From: Chloroflexota bacterium
GTDB taxonomy: Bacteria; Chloroflexota; Dehalococcoidia; Lucifugimonadales; Australimonadaceae
Direction: 5' to 3'
NCBI GenBank assembly: GCA_009838965.1
Contig: VXQP01000078.1
Span: 93,957 to 157,956 of the forward strand
Length of the DNA: 64,000 nucleotides
Positions 1 to 9,339 of the stretch are shown here, piece by piece. The notes beneath the pieces were generated by a model. That model searched no databases and was not told the DNA's origin. It saw nothing but the letters and a program-made list of their open reading frames with translations. The number at the start of each line of letters is the position of its first letter. Within the stretch, counting starts at the first letter, position 1. The position numbers and the translations under genes were made by a program.

Positions 1-48
1 GGACTGCCCCGAAGACGGCGGCAGTACGAGTCAGGCATCGCATCGTCC

Positions 49-726
49 CTAGGACTCCTGCCTGCCGACGGTCACGTCCAGCACTTCGTGCCCCGCTTCT
101 TCCATCAGTGCGCGGATATGGTGCTCGGTCTGCTCGTATCTGCCCTCGCCGAAGTGCGTGAAGCGGATGACGCCGTTCGCGTCGACCAGGTACTTCGCGG
201 GCCAGAAGCGGTTGTTGTAGGAGCGCCACGTACGGTAATCGTTGTCCTGCGCGATGGGCCAGACCACACCCAGCTGGGCCGCTGCTTCGATCACGTTGGC
301 GGTGACCTTGTCAACGTCGAACTCCGGCGTGTGCACGCCAACGATCGTGAAGCCGTCTCCGGCGTATTTCTCGTTCCAGTCCTTCAAGTACGGCACGGTA
401 CGTCTGCAGTTGATTCAGATGTAGGTCCAGAAGTCGATCAGCACCACCTTCCCGCGCATCTCCTCCATCGTCAGCGGCTCGCTGTTGAGCCACTGCGTGA
501 TGCCCGTGAACTCGGAGGCGCTGTCGCCGACCTTGCCGCCGGTGTTTCCCGACGCGCCGAACGCAGGCAACCCCGGCGTGGGAGGCGGCACAGGTGTCGG
601 CGTAGCCGTCGGGACCGGCATGAGCGTGGGGGTGGCGGTAGGAGCGGGCTCGGACGAGCACGCCACGGCGAGGCACGCAATGACGAGCGCACCAGGGATG
701 GCGGTATGCAGGCGCGGTGTCCGCAT
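49..726 (-). CDS. Thioredoxin-fold redoxin lipoprotein (DipZ C-terminal-like); candidate selenoprotein with in-frame TGA (415-417) at the first Cys of CxxC
   Basis: Track ORFs 415..759 and 49..396 share one frame and are separated only by TGA. The joined product aligns gap-free to paralog 734..2047 (LIDFWTYI-[TGA]-INCRRTVPYLKDWNEKY vs LIDFWTYT-C-VNCIRTMPFLRDWNEKY). Lipobox LAVAC plus Pro/Thr linker. ATG 724-726 preferred over TTG 757-759. Confidence 0.6.
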
Positions 727-733
727 CACTTCT

Positions 734-2047
734 CTAGTAGACCTCGTTGTAAGAGCCAAAGGTGAGCGCGAAGAGCGCGAAGTGCGGGGAGTTCGACGAG
801 AACTTCAGCTCGGCGTCTCCAAACTCGGGCAAGGATACGACGTTGTACAGGTCCGGCTCATCCACCACGAAGTAGCTGCGTCCGCCCTCGATGACGATGT
901 GCTCGCCCGCTTCGTCCGCGGTGAGCGGCCGGTAGGCGACCTCCGCTCCCCGCTCCGCGTCCGCAGGCAGGCTCTCGGCGATCGTAACCTCCACCTCGAA
1001 CGGCTCCACGCCTTCTTCCAAGTCGACGACGATGTTGACGGAGCGGGCGAAGAAGCGCAGCGCGATGTAGTCCTCGTAGTTCTCGGTCTCTCTCCCGTGG
1101 GTTATCGCCTCCAGATCGGAGCGCCAGGAGCCGTGCAGGTACATGAACTGGTTCAGGTGGTTGCCGGGGTCGCGGTAGACCTGGATCAGGCCCTGCGCGT
1201 CGTAGTACTGCGGGTGCGCGATGTACAGCCCGTTGGTGGATGCATTGCGCTGCCAGCCGCCGTATATCTCGCGCGTCTGGGAATCGTTGTTCTCGCGAGA
1301 CGTGCCGCGCGCCCGCGGGTCGTGCATCGGCTCCGGACCTGAGCCAACCTCGATATCCGACACGTCGCTGCCCGCCTCTTCCAGCAGGGCGCGGATGTGG
1401 TGCTCCGTCTCGTCGTACGCGCCCTCGCCGAAGTGCGTGTAGCGCACGACGCCGTTGGCGTCTATCAGGTACTTCGCAGGCCAGAAGCGGTTGTTGTAGG
1501 AACGCCATGTGCGGAAGTTGTTGTCCTGCGCGACAGGCCAGACGACGCCCAGCTCCTCGTTGGCGGCGGCCACGTTCTCCGTGATCTTCTCGAAGTCGAA
1601 CTCCGGCGTGTGCACGCCGATCATCGTCAGTCCGCGGTCCGCGTATTTCTCGTTCCAGTCGCGCAGGAAGGGCATAGTGCGGATGCAGTTGACGCAGGTG
1701 TACGTCCAGAAGTCGATGAGGACCACGTCTCCGCGCAGGCCCTCCATCGTCAGTTCGTCGCTGTTGAGCCACTGGTTGATGCCGGAGAACTCCGGCGCGT
1801 TGTCGCCGACCGCACCGCCTGTGCTCCCTGACGCCCTGAAGTCCGGCATCATGGGCGTGGGCTCTGCCACGGCGTCGGATGCCGTGGCGTCGGATGTCAC
1901 GCGGGGAACAGTGTCCGTCGCCACGGGAGATGCGGCAGGCTCCTCTGTGGACAGTTCCTCGTCACCGTTGCACCCGGCCACGAGGGCAAGCAGTGCAATG
2001 AGTAGCACGCCCAGGGAAATGTGGACAATCGAACGCCGACCTGTCAT
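734..2047 (-). CDS. DipZ-like extracytoplasmic thioredoxin-fold lipoprotein with an extra C-terminal domain of about 200 aa
   Basis: CVNC redox motif (FWTYTCVNCIRTMPFL) and the blocks GVHTPEF, WPAKYLID, HFGEG. Lipobox LVAGC. GGAGGAGGG SD 7 nt upstream of ATG 2045-2047. Confidence 0.8.
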   Translation of the reverse strand: MTGRRSIVHISLGVLLIALLALVAGCNGDEELSTEEPAASPVATDTVPRVTSDATASDAVAEPTPMMPDFRASGSTGGAVGDNAPEFSGINQWLNSDELTMEGLRGDVVLIDFWTYTCVNCIRTMPFLRDWNEKYADRGLTMIGVHTPEFDFEKITENVAAANEELGVVWPVAQDNNFRTWRSYNNRFWPAKYLIDANGVVRYTHFGEGAYDETEHHIRALLEEAGSDVSDIEVGSGPEPMHDPRARGTSRENNDSQTREIYGGWQRNASTNGLYIAHPQYYDAQGLIQVYRDPGNHLNQFMYLHGSWRSDLEAITHGRETENYEDYIALRFFARSVNIVVDLEEGVEPFEVEVTIAESLPADAERGAEVAYRPLTADEAGEHIVIEGGRSYFVVDEPDLYNVVSLPEFGDAELKFSSNSPHFALFALTFGSYNEVY

Positions 2048-2181
2048 GCGGCACCCTCCTCCCCGAATGCCCATGCCTACCGCATGGCGCTCTTCATACT
2101 ATTATCTACGCAGGCGCACTGTCAGTGGTTCTGCCGTTATACTTACCGGACGCACTTCCTCCCGGAGTCTGCCCTTCCACC

Positions 2182-4569
2182 ATGAGAGTCCCGCTTTCCT
2201 GGCTTGCCGAGTACGTCCCGCTGCGGATGCCTCCGGCGGAGTTGGCCCACCGTCTCACGATGGCCGGACTGGAGACAACGTACGACCCCGGCCCCGGCGA
2301 CGGATGGGACAACGTCGTCGTCGGGGCCGTCGTGGACGTGCGCCCGCACCCGAACGCCGACCGGCTGCGGCTGGCCGACGTGGACACAGGCGGCGAGACG
2401 TCCACCGTCGTCTGCGGCGCGCCCAACGTCGCAGCGGGGCAGAAGATCGCGTTCGCGCGGGTGGGGGCGATGCTGACGAGCGGCAAGACGGGCGAACCGA
2501 TGGAGCTGACTGCAGCCGTCATCCGCGGTGTCGAGTCCGCCGGCATGGTCTGCTCCGAGCGCGAACTCGGACTGAGCGACGAGCACGAGGGCATCCTGGT
2601 ACTGCCGGACGACAGCCCGATCGGCACGCCCCTCGTTGATGTGCTCCCGTCGTCCGGGGCGCTTGAGGTGGAGGTCACCCCGAACCGCGGCGACTGCCTC
2701 TCCGTGCTGGGCATCGCCCACGAAGCCGCGGCCATCACCGGCGAACAGGTAACCGAGCCGCCGTCCGGGTACGACGAGAAGGGCGGCGCGATAGCGGACA
2801 GCGTGGGCATCGAGATAGCCGACCCTGCCCTCTGCTCGCGCTACACCTGCACGCTGGTGCGCGGTGTGCAAATCGGGCCGTCGCCGGACTGGCTGCGCCA
2901 GCGGCTGCAGGACGCGGGCCACCGCTCCATCAACAACGTCGTAGATGTGACGAACTACGTGATGCTGGAGTACGGCCAGCCCCTGCATGCATTCGACCTC
3001 GACGAGGTGCGCGACGCGAAGGTCATCGTTCGGCCAGCCTCCGACGGTGAAAGCTTCACGAGCCTCGACGGTCAGGAGCACGAACTGCGCCCGCCCATGC
3101 TGATGATCGCGGACCCGGAGCGCTCGATAGGACTCGCCGGGGTGATGGGCGGCGCGAACTCCGAGATGACGGACGCCACGCAGAACGTGCTGCTGGAGTC
3201 CGCGACGTTCAACGCCATCAACACGCGGCGCACCTCCAACGCGCTGAAACTGCGCACGGACGCGTCGCTGCGGTTCGAGAAGGGATTGAACCCTGAACTG
3301 GCCGTGCGAGCCGTTCGCCGCGCCACGCGCCTCATCCTGGAGACGGCGGGCGGCGCGGCCGCGCAGGGCGTCTACGACGTCTTCCCCGGCAGGAGCGACC
3401 CGCCCCGCATCCCGTTCTCCCACGAGAGCCTGCGCCGCGTGCTCGGTGTGGACTTCCCTACCGAGCAGGTGTCAGGCGTGCTCGCCTCGCTCGGTTTCAG
3501 CGTCGAACTCGGCGCCGACGGCACGATGATCGTCGTGCCGCCCTACTGGCGCACGGACGTCGGCATCGAAGAGGACATCGTCGAAGAGGTCGCCCGCATC
3601 GTCGGTTATGACGCCGTCGAGGGCGAGCCGCTCGGCGGGCGCGTGCCGGAGGCCATCCGGCAGCCGGAGCGCGAGTTGCGCGAGGAGGTGCGGGACGCGC
3701 TCGTCTCGTTCGGCCTCCAGGAGACGATCTCCCACACGCTCGTGAGCGGCGAGGACGCCGCACTGCCGGATGGCGCGCCGCTCGCCACAGCGAACCCCAT
3801 GAGCCAGGAGCAGGCATACCTCCGAACCTCGCTGCGTCCGGCACTGCTGCGAGGGGCCGCGAGTGCGATGCGCCAGCAGGGCGGCGTGGGGATGTTCGAG
3901 GTCGGGCGCGTCTTCATCCCGCGCGACGGCGACCTGCCCGACGAGCGCGAGACGGCTACCGCCGTCCTCGCGGGGCCGCGCGGGAGCGTGCTGTGGGAGC
4001 AGGACGTGGAGTCTCTCGGCTTCTTCGACGCGAAGGGCATCGTGGAGGGCGCGCTGGCGCACCTGGGGCTGAGCGCCACGTTCGAGCGTACGACCGATCC
4101 GCTGCTGCACCCCGGACGCGCCGCCGCGGTGCTGGTGAACGGCGAGCAGGCCGGCGTCGTGGGCGAACTGCGCCCGCAGGCCGTCGCACAGTACGACATC
4201 CCCGCCGCGCAGGCCGCGTTCATCGAACTGGACCTGCAACGCCTCGCGCCGCACGTCCCCGAGATGCGCTCCTCGTTCACCGCATTCTCCCGCTACCCCA
4301 GCGCCGTGCGCGACCTCGCGCTCGTGCTGGACGTCTCCGTCCCCGCGCGGCAGGCGCAGGAGATCATCGAGAGCGGCCCCTTGGTCATACGCGCGACACT
4401 GTTCGACCTGTTCGAGGGCGACCCGCTGCCTGAGGGCAAGAAGTCGCTCGCATTCACGGTAGAGTTCCAGTCTCCGAGCAAGACGCTCGAAACAGCCGAA
4501 GTCAACGACGCAGTAGCCGCCATCGTCAAGCGCATGGAGCGCGAGACCGGCGCATCGCTCAGGGCATAA
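2182..4569 (+). CDS. pheT: Phenylalanine--tRNA ligase beta subunit
   Basis: About 795 aa starting MRVPLSWLAEYV. N-terminal tRNA-binding fold, B3/4 and B5 regions, C-terminal anticodon-binding-like domain (SRYPSAVRDLALV). Confidence 0.95.
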   Translation: MRVPLSWLAEYVPLRMPPAELAHRLTMAGLETTYDPGPGDGWDNVVVGAVVDVRPHPNADRLRLADVDTGGETSTVVCGAPNVAAGQKIAFARVGAMLTSGKTGEPMELTAAVIRGVESAGMVCSERELGLSDEHEGILVLPDDSPIGTPLVDVLPSSGALEVEVTPNRGDCLSVLGIAHEAAAITGEQVTEPPSGYDEKGGAIADSVGIEIADPALCSRYTCTLVRGVQIGPSPDWLRQRLQDAGHRSINNVVDVTNYVMLEYGQPLHAFDLDEVRDAKVIVRPASDGESFTSLDGQEHELRPPMLMIADPERSIGLAGVMGGANSEMTDATQNVLLESATFNAINTRRTSNALKLRTDASLRFEKGLNPELAVRAVRRATRLILETAGGAAAQGVYDVFPGRSDPPRIPFSHESLRRVLGVDFPTEQVSGVLASLGFSVELGADGTMIVVPPYWRTDVGIEEDIVEEVARIVGYDAVEGEPLGGRVPEAIRQPERELREEVRDALVSFGLQETISHTLVSGEDAALPDGAPLATANPMSQEQAYLRTSLRPALLRGAASAMRQQGGVGMFEVGRVFIPRDGDLPDERETATAVLAGPRGSVLWEQDVESLGFFDAKGIVEGALAHLGLSATFERTTDPLLHPGRAAAVLVNGEQAGVVGELRPQAVAQYDIPAAQAAFIELDLQRLAPHVPEMRSSFTAFSRYPSAVRDLALVLDVSVPARQAQEIIESGPLVIRATLFDLFEGDPLPEGKKSLAFTVEFQSPSKTLETAEVNDAVAAIVKRMERETGASLRA

Positions 4570-4573
4570 CGCA

Positions 4574-6004
4574 ATGGCAGAGCACGACCACCATCACAGA
4601 CACGAGCACGGGCACGGCGGCCACGAGTCGCACACGCACCATGGCCACGACCATGGGCACGCGCATCAGGAGCACGCCCACGCTCACCCGCGAACCGCCG
4701 ACATGCTCAGCGTCGAGGACGCTCTCGAGCGCGTGCTGCACCTCGTACACGAACTGCCGGTCGAACGTGTCCCGATCCTCGAGGCCGACGGCCTCACACT
4801 CGCGGAGGACGTTCACTCGCCGTTTGACATCCCTGCGCTGACCAACTCGGCGATGGACGGCTACGCCGTGCGCGCCGCGGACGTTGTCGGAGCGTCGGAG
4901 TCGTCCCCGGTCACGCTGGAGATCGTCGGACAGGTGCAGGCGGGGCAGCTCCCCTCCGCAACCGTGCGCGAGGGCGAGACCGTCCGCATCATGACCGGCG
5001 CGCCGACACCCGAGGGCGCGGACGCCATCGTCCCCTACGAGTTCACGGACGAGGTGGAGCGGCGCTCCACCGGCCTCGCGCTGCGGTACATCGGCATCCG
5101 CCACGCACCGCACGTCGGCGACCACATGCGCCCTGCGGGAGAGGACGCCGCGAAGGGCGCGCTGATCCTGGAGAAAGGGCGCGTCCTCGACCCGCCCGCC
5201 ATCGGCCTCCTCGCTTCGTTCGGGTTCGCCGACGCCCCCGTGGTGCGCAGGCCGCGCGTCGCGGTGCTCGCGACAGGAGACGAGGTACAGACGCCCGGCG
5301 AAGCGCTCGAGCCCGGACGGCTGTTCGACAGCAACAGCTACGGGACGGCGACCGCCCTGCGGCGCTGGGGCGCAGAGCCCGTGCTGCTCGGCATCGCCCG
5401 CGACAACATGGACGACCTGCGCGCGAAGATCCGGCGGGGGCTCGAAGCCGACCTGCTCATCACGAGCGCAGGAGTGAGCGCAGGCGCGTTCGACATGGTG
5501 AAAGAGACGCTCGCGGAGCTGGGCAGCATCGACTTCTGGTCCGTGCGGATGCGTCCGGCCCGTCCCATCGCATTCGGGCTGCTGCGCACGCCGGACGGAC
5601 GCGAAGTGCCGCACCTCGGACTGCCGGGCAATCCGGTCAGTGCGCTCGTGGCGCTCGTGGAACTGGGCAGGCCCGCGCTCGCGAAGATGATGGGACGCGA
5701 ACCGGAGCCACTCCCCACGGTGCACGCCACGATGGACGACGACCTCTTGAACACAGACGAGCGCCGCGTGTACGCTCGCGTGACGCTCGAACGCCGCACG
5801 GACGGACTGCATGCGCGCCTCACCGGCGGGCAGGGCTCCAATCTGCTCACCTCGATGGGTCTCGCGCAGGGGCTGGCCATCTGTCCGGAGGACATGCCTC
5901 TGCGCCGCGCAGGCGAACGCGCGCCCGTGCAACTGCTGGACTGGCTAGACCACTCAGGCATCCTCACGGAACGGCTCGACATCACGGAACACCACATCGA
6001 CTGA
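4574..6004 (+). CDS. moeA: Molybdopterin molybdenumtransferase MoeA with His-rich N-terminal extension
   Basis: MoeA-like core from MLSVEDALERVL onward (SAMDGYAV, TGAP, SGGVS-like ITSAGVSAG). The 43-aa N-terminus has 18 His. Start could instead be ATG 4703. Confidence 0.85.
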   Translation: MAEHDHHHRHEHGHGGHESHTHHGHDHGHAHQEHAHAHPRTADMLSVEDALERVLHLVHELPVERVPILEADGLTLAEDVHSPFDIPALTNSAMDGYAVRAADVVGASESSPVTLEIVGQVQAGQLPSATVREGETVRIMTGAPTPEGADAIVPYEFTDEVERRSTGLALRYIGIRHAPHVGDHMRPAGEDAAKGALILEKGRVLDPPAIGLLASFGFADAPVVRRPRVAVLATGDEVQTPGEALEPGRLFDSNSYGTATALRRWGAEPVLLGIARDNMDDLRAKIRRGLEADLLITSAGVSAGAFDMVKETLAELGSIDFWSVRMRPARPIAFGLLRTPDGREVPHLGLPGNPVSALVALVELGRPALAKMMGREPEPLPTVHATMDDDLLNTDERRVYARVTLERRTDGLHARLTGGQGSNLLTSMGLAQGLAICPEDMPLRRAGERAPVQLLDWLDHSGILTERLDITEHHID

Positions 6005-6016
6005 GAGGCAACCTGC

Positions 6017-6439
6017 ATGACGACGAAGGCTCCCGCTGAAGCCACTTCCCAAGAGAACGACGAGAACCCCAGCTACACCTTCAACCCCGACCTGATCACG
6101 AGGCAGGGGCGCTCCGTTGGCGTCGTGCTGGGAGCACGGCTGTGCGAAGCAGCAAAGGCCAAGGCCAAGGGCAACCCGAGCGACCTCAGCTACAAGGAGT
6201 TGCACACGCTCTTCAGGGTTTGCGCGGGACAGGAGGGCTATCTCTCACCGCAGCACCCCGTACTGGAGACGGTGGTGCGGATACTGCTCGCCACACCGGA
6301 AGACGCGCTACCCCTGTCGGAGATATACGAACAGGTTTCCAACCTGTGGCTCACGTCTGCGTGGTCGCCGTCCCTCAACATCGGCGCGATGCGCCGTCTC
6401 CTCGACCACGCCGAGACCCAGGGCATCACCCGCGCATAG
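6017..6439 (+). CDS. Hypothetical protein (140 aa)
   Basis: Intact ORF with GAGAGG SD-like element upstream of the ATG. No family recognised. Confidence 0.45.
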   Translation: MTTKAPAEATSQENDENPSYTFNPDLITRQGRSVGVVLGARLCEAAKAKAKGNPSDLSYKELHTLFRVCAGQEGYLSPQHPVLETVVRILLATPEDALPLSEIYEQVSNLWLTSAWSPSLNIGAMRRLLDHAETQGITRA

Positions 6440-6525
6440 CCAGTACCCGCACACGACTTCCCTTAAGCGACAGGGCGCTCGAGTGAGCGCCCTGTTCTCG
6501 TGGATGGTGAGCGAAGGGAAGAGGG

Positions 6526-6888
6526 TCAGGCAGCGGCGAGCTGGGCCTTGGCCTGTTCCGCGAGTTGGCCGAACGCATCGGGGTCCGCCATCGCCAGGTC
6601 AGCGAGCACCTTGCGGTCCAACTCCACGTTCGCAAGCTTCAACCCGTGGATGAACTGCGAGTAGGAGACTCCGTGCTCGCGGGCAGCGGCCCCGATCCGC
6701 ACGACCCACAGCCTGCGCATGTCGCCCTTCAGTTCGCGGCGGTGCGCGTAGGAGTAGGCCAGGGCGTGCAGCATGGACTCATGCGCACGACGGTAGAGGG
6801 AGTGCTTCGTGCCCCGGTGTCCCTTGGTAAACCGGAGCACCTTCTTGTGTCTTCGGTGCGCGGTTACCCCGCGCTTCACGCGTGCCAT
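6526..6888 (-). CDS. rplT: 50S ribosomal protein L20
   Basis: MARVKRGVTAHRRHKKVL... is a typical L20 sequence. Confidence 0.97.
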   Translation of the reverse strand: MARVKRGVTAHRRHKKVLRFTKGHRGTKHSLYRRAHESMLHALAYSYAHRRELKGDMRRLWVVRIGAAAREHGVSYSQFIHGLKLANVELDRKVLADLAMADPDAFGQLAEQAKAQLAAA

Positions 6889-6900
6889 CGTTCAGATCTC

Positions 6901-7104
6901 CTACTTGTTGAGCCCGGGAACGAGCTTCATCACCTTCTTGCGGCTGCTCGCGCTCGCGGTAACCGTGTCGCTGTAGGTGCGGGTTACGGAGCGCGGCTTC
7001 TTCCGGCGCAGGTGGCTGGAGTGGCGCTTCATGCGCAGCAGTTTGCCTGATCCGCTCACGCGGAAGCGCCGTGCCGCGCCCTTATGCGTTTTCATCTTCG
7101 GCAT
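6901..7104 (-). CDS. rpmI: 50S ribosomal protein L35
   Basis: [14 protein letters not shown]... is a typical L35 sequence. Overlaps the infC 3' end by 23 nt. Confidence 0.95.
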   Translation of the reverse strand: MPKMKTHKGAARRFRVSGSGKLLRMKRHSSHLRRKKPRSVTRTYSDTVTASASSRKKVMKLVPGLNK

Positions 7105-7660
7105 CTTCTTCGGTCTCCTTCGTTGCCGCCGCCTGAGAGCGGCCTGCCGCCGCTCGGCCAGGCGCGAGCACGATGCTGATGAACCGTCCCTCCTGCTTGG
7201 GAGGTTGTTCCAACTTGGCCCCTTCTTTCACTGCCTCGTGCACCTGCTTCAGCAGACCCACAGACAGGTCCCGGTGGTCAAGCTCGCGTCCCCGGTGCAT
7301 CACCGACACCTTCACCTTGTTGCCCTCGTCCAGCAACTTCAGCACCAGGCGTTCCTTCGCCTCGATGTCGTGCCGCCCGATGCGGGGACGGAAGCGCACC
7401 TCGCGCAGCCCCACGTTCTTGTGGGACCTGCGCATCTCGCGTTCTTTGGTGGACTGGAGATAGCGGAACTTCCCGTAGTCCAAGAGCCGGCACACCGGCG
7501 GGTCGGAGTTGGGCGCCACCTCTACGAGGTCGAGGTCGTGTTCACGCGCAAGGGCCAGAGCATCGGCTATCGCCATCACGCCGAACTGCTCGCCTCGCTC
7601 ATCCACTACCCGGACCTGTGGCACCCGGATGCGCTCGTTGACGCGGTATTCCTTAGCTAT
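7082..7660 (-). CDS. infC: Translation initiation factor IF-3, probable ATA start codon
   Basis: IF-3 N and C domains are present. The frame stays open upstream of the track start and reads [23 protein letters not shown] at 7658-7660 is preceded by GGAAGGA 5 nt upstream. Confidence 0.88.
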   Translation of the reverse strand: MAKEYRVNERIRVPQVRVVDERGEQFGVMAIADALALAREHDLDLVEVAPNSDPPVCRLLDYGKFRYLQSTKEREMRRSHKNVGLREVRFRPRIGRHDIEAKERLVLKLLDEGNKVKVSVMHRGRELDHRDLSVGLLKQVHEAVKEGAKLEQPPKQEGRFISIVLAPGRAAAGRSQAAATKETEEDAEDENA

Positions 7661-7835
7661 TGCGTTCCTTCCTGCGCCATCAAAGTTGGGAAACGCCGTA
7701 ACGGCGATTCCGGCGCTTCAGCATACACCGTGCACGTCAACCGCGTAAAGGAGCGGACGGCGCTGGCAGTGCCTCAGTAATCCCGGACGAAAACTCGGAG
7801 CGAAACATCCGCCCCGGCGGTTACAGCCGTGTGCT

Positions 7836-8114
7836 TCACAGCCAGATGATCAGTCGATCGAGCCCCTTGGAGCGTAGCTGGTCGTCCAGGTCTCGCTTCC
7901 GCCGGACCGCGGCGGCCAACTCCCGGATCAGAGCGGGGCAATCATCGCCAGGGAGCTGAACGTCGCTCAGCCTGATCCCGGACGACGATACCCACTCCAG
8001 AAGGCTCTGCAGATGAGAACCACACCCGTTGTGTATCCGGGTCCGCAATCTGTCGATCTCCTCCAGGCACGCGTTGTAGCTCCCCATGAGATTGCCTAGG
8101 TCAGGGTTCGTCAT
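7836..8114 (-). CDS. Hypothetical small protein (92 aa)
   Basis: ATG 8112-8114 (MTNPDLGNLMG...) with GAGGAGAAG SD. Divergent from the membrane-protein array. No family recognised. Confidence 0.45.
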   Translation of the reverse strand: MTNPDLGNLMGSYNACLEEIDRLRTRIHNGCGSHLQSLLEWVSSSGIRLSDVQLPGDDCPALIRELAAAVRRKRDLDDQLRSKGLDRLIIWL

Positions 8115-8442
8115 GCGACTTCTCCTCACATCCGGGATATCCGAGCCACGGCGGTCCCCAGCCGTCAGCCTGATAGTCCCCAAATCTCTCTTGACGGACA
8201 ATAACGTTCACGGAGTGACAAAGGGGTAACTTTCGGGCAGATTCGGGTTACGTTACGGTGACAATAAGCTTTCCTGTTCCAACTGAAGCAATGCCGTGGC
8301 GCGCCCGGCGCGCACGCGCACCTCGACAAAAAGTCATGCAGAAGTTGTGGAATTACCTCGCTGGAGATGCTTATCCTGTGTACAGGCAGTCCGGCGCCGC
8401 ACGGAGTGTCCTCCGCGTCGCCGGACGCAAAGGAGGTCGCTC

Positions 8443-8850
8443 ATGCCTGTCGTCAAACGTCTCCTTTCCCTCTATCTCATGCTCGTGGGTCTCGCCGTCG
8501 CGGTGCATTTCATCGCCGTGGCGTGGTACCACCCCGGCGGGGATGAGTCGTACCCCATCTGGGAAGTGCTGGACTGGTTCATGGCGGCCGCCATCGTCAT
8601 CGCGCTCATCAGCACCTTCGTCCTTAAACGACGTCACGATGCAGGCAGCGATACGAGTGTGCTTGAGCACATATCCGTCAACGCGGTCTTCTACGGCACG
8701 CTCGCCGTGGGCATCCTCTTCTTCTGGAACTGGTCCCACCTGCTGAGAGACAGCGGCCGGGCGGACTGGCTCATCTGGAACTTCATAGACGTGGCGCTGC
8801 CACTCGCGCTGGTCGCTGCCGGCCGGCGGTTGTGGCGCGCGGCCGCATGA
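8443..8850 (+). CDS. Small integral membrane protein, subtype A (copy 1), four hydrophobic segments
   Basis: ATG 8443 preceded by AAGGAGG. 135 aa. Close paralog of 9340..9759 and more distant paralog of the two B copies. Confidence 0.7.
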   Translation: MPVVKRLLSLYLMLVGLAVAVHFIAVAWYHPGGDESYPIWEVLDWFMAAAIVIALISTFVLKRRHDAGSDTSVLEHISVNAVFYGTLAVGILFFWNWSHLLRDSGRADWLIWNFIDVALPLALVAAGRRLWRAAA

Positions 8851-8864
8851 GAGGAGATACCACC

Positions 8865-9293
8865 ATGGCCATACTGCTGAAACTGCTCTCCGCCTACACC
8901 GTGCTGGTGGCCCTGCTCGTGGCCGTCAAGTTCATCTTCGACATCGAGCAACCTGAGTGGTCGGTGATCAACTGGCTCATGGCAGCGGGCGTCATCATCA
9001 CACTGGGCGGCGCCATCAGCTGCAAGCGCTCGCTGGAAACCGAAGACGGCGAGCCGGACGTCCGGCGCTTCCTCGACGTGAACGTACCGTTCTATGCAGC
9101 CGTTGCCCTGCTCATCGCCTTCGCCTTCCAGTGGTCCTCGGAGCTGAACGATCACGTCCAGTTGATCGCGGTCGTAAACGGCGAAGACACGGTCATCGGT
9201 TCCATGTGGGCCTACATCGACACGGCGTACATCATCGTTACCGGCATGGTCGGCGTGCGGATGTGGAACGGGCGCTGGCCGATGCAGGGATAG
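8865..9293 (+). CDS. Small integral membrane protein, subtype B (copy 1), four hydrophobic segments
   Basis: ATG 8865 preceded by GAGGAG. 142 aa. Close paralog of 9763..10176. Confidence 0.7.
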   Translation: MAILLKLLSAYTVLVALLVAVKFIFDIEQPEWSVINWLMAAGVIITLGGAISCKRSLETEDGEPDVRRFLDVNVPFYAAVALLIAFAFQWSSELNDHVQLIAVVNGEDTVIGSMWAYIDTAYIIVTGMVGVRMWNGRWPMQG

Positions 9294-9339
9294 CGGAGCC
9301 GCGCCGGTCACGCGGCGGCTGCGGGGGATCGCACACGTT

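Noticed and set aside
415-417. Reading the TGA simply as a nonsense mutation (TGC to TGA) that makes 49..759 a pseudogene.
   Set aside because: Not fully rejected and kept as the alternative hypothesis. I disfavour it because the stop falls exactly on the redox Cys and the downstream 115 codons remain intact and highly conserved relative to the paralog.
2138-2143. TATACT hexamer upstream of pheT as a promoter.
   Set aside because: There is no acceptable -35 or TG extension at proper spacing. It is left unannotated.
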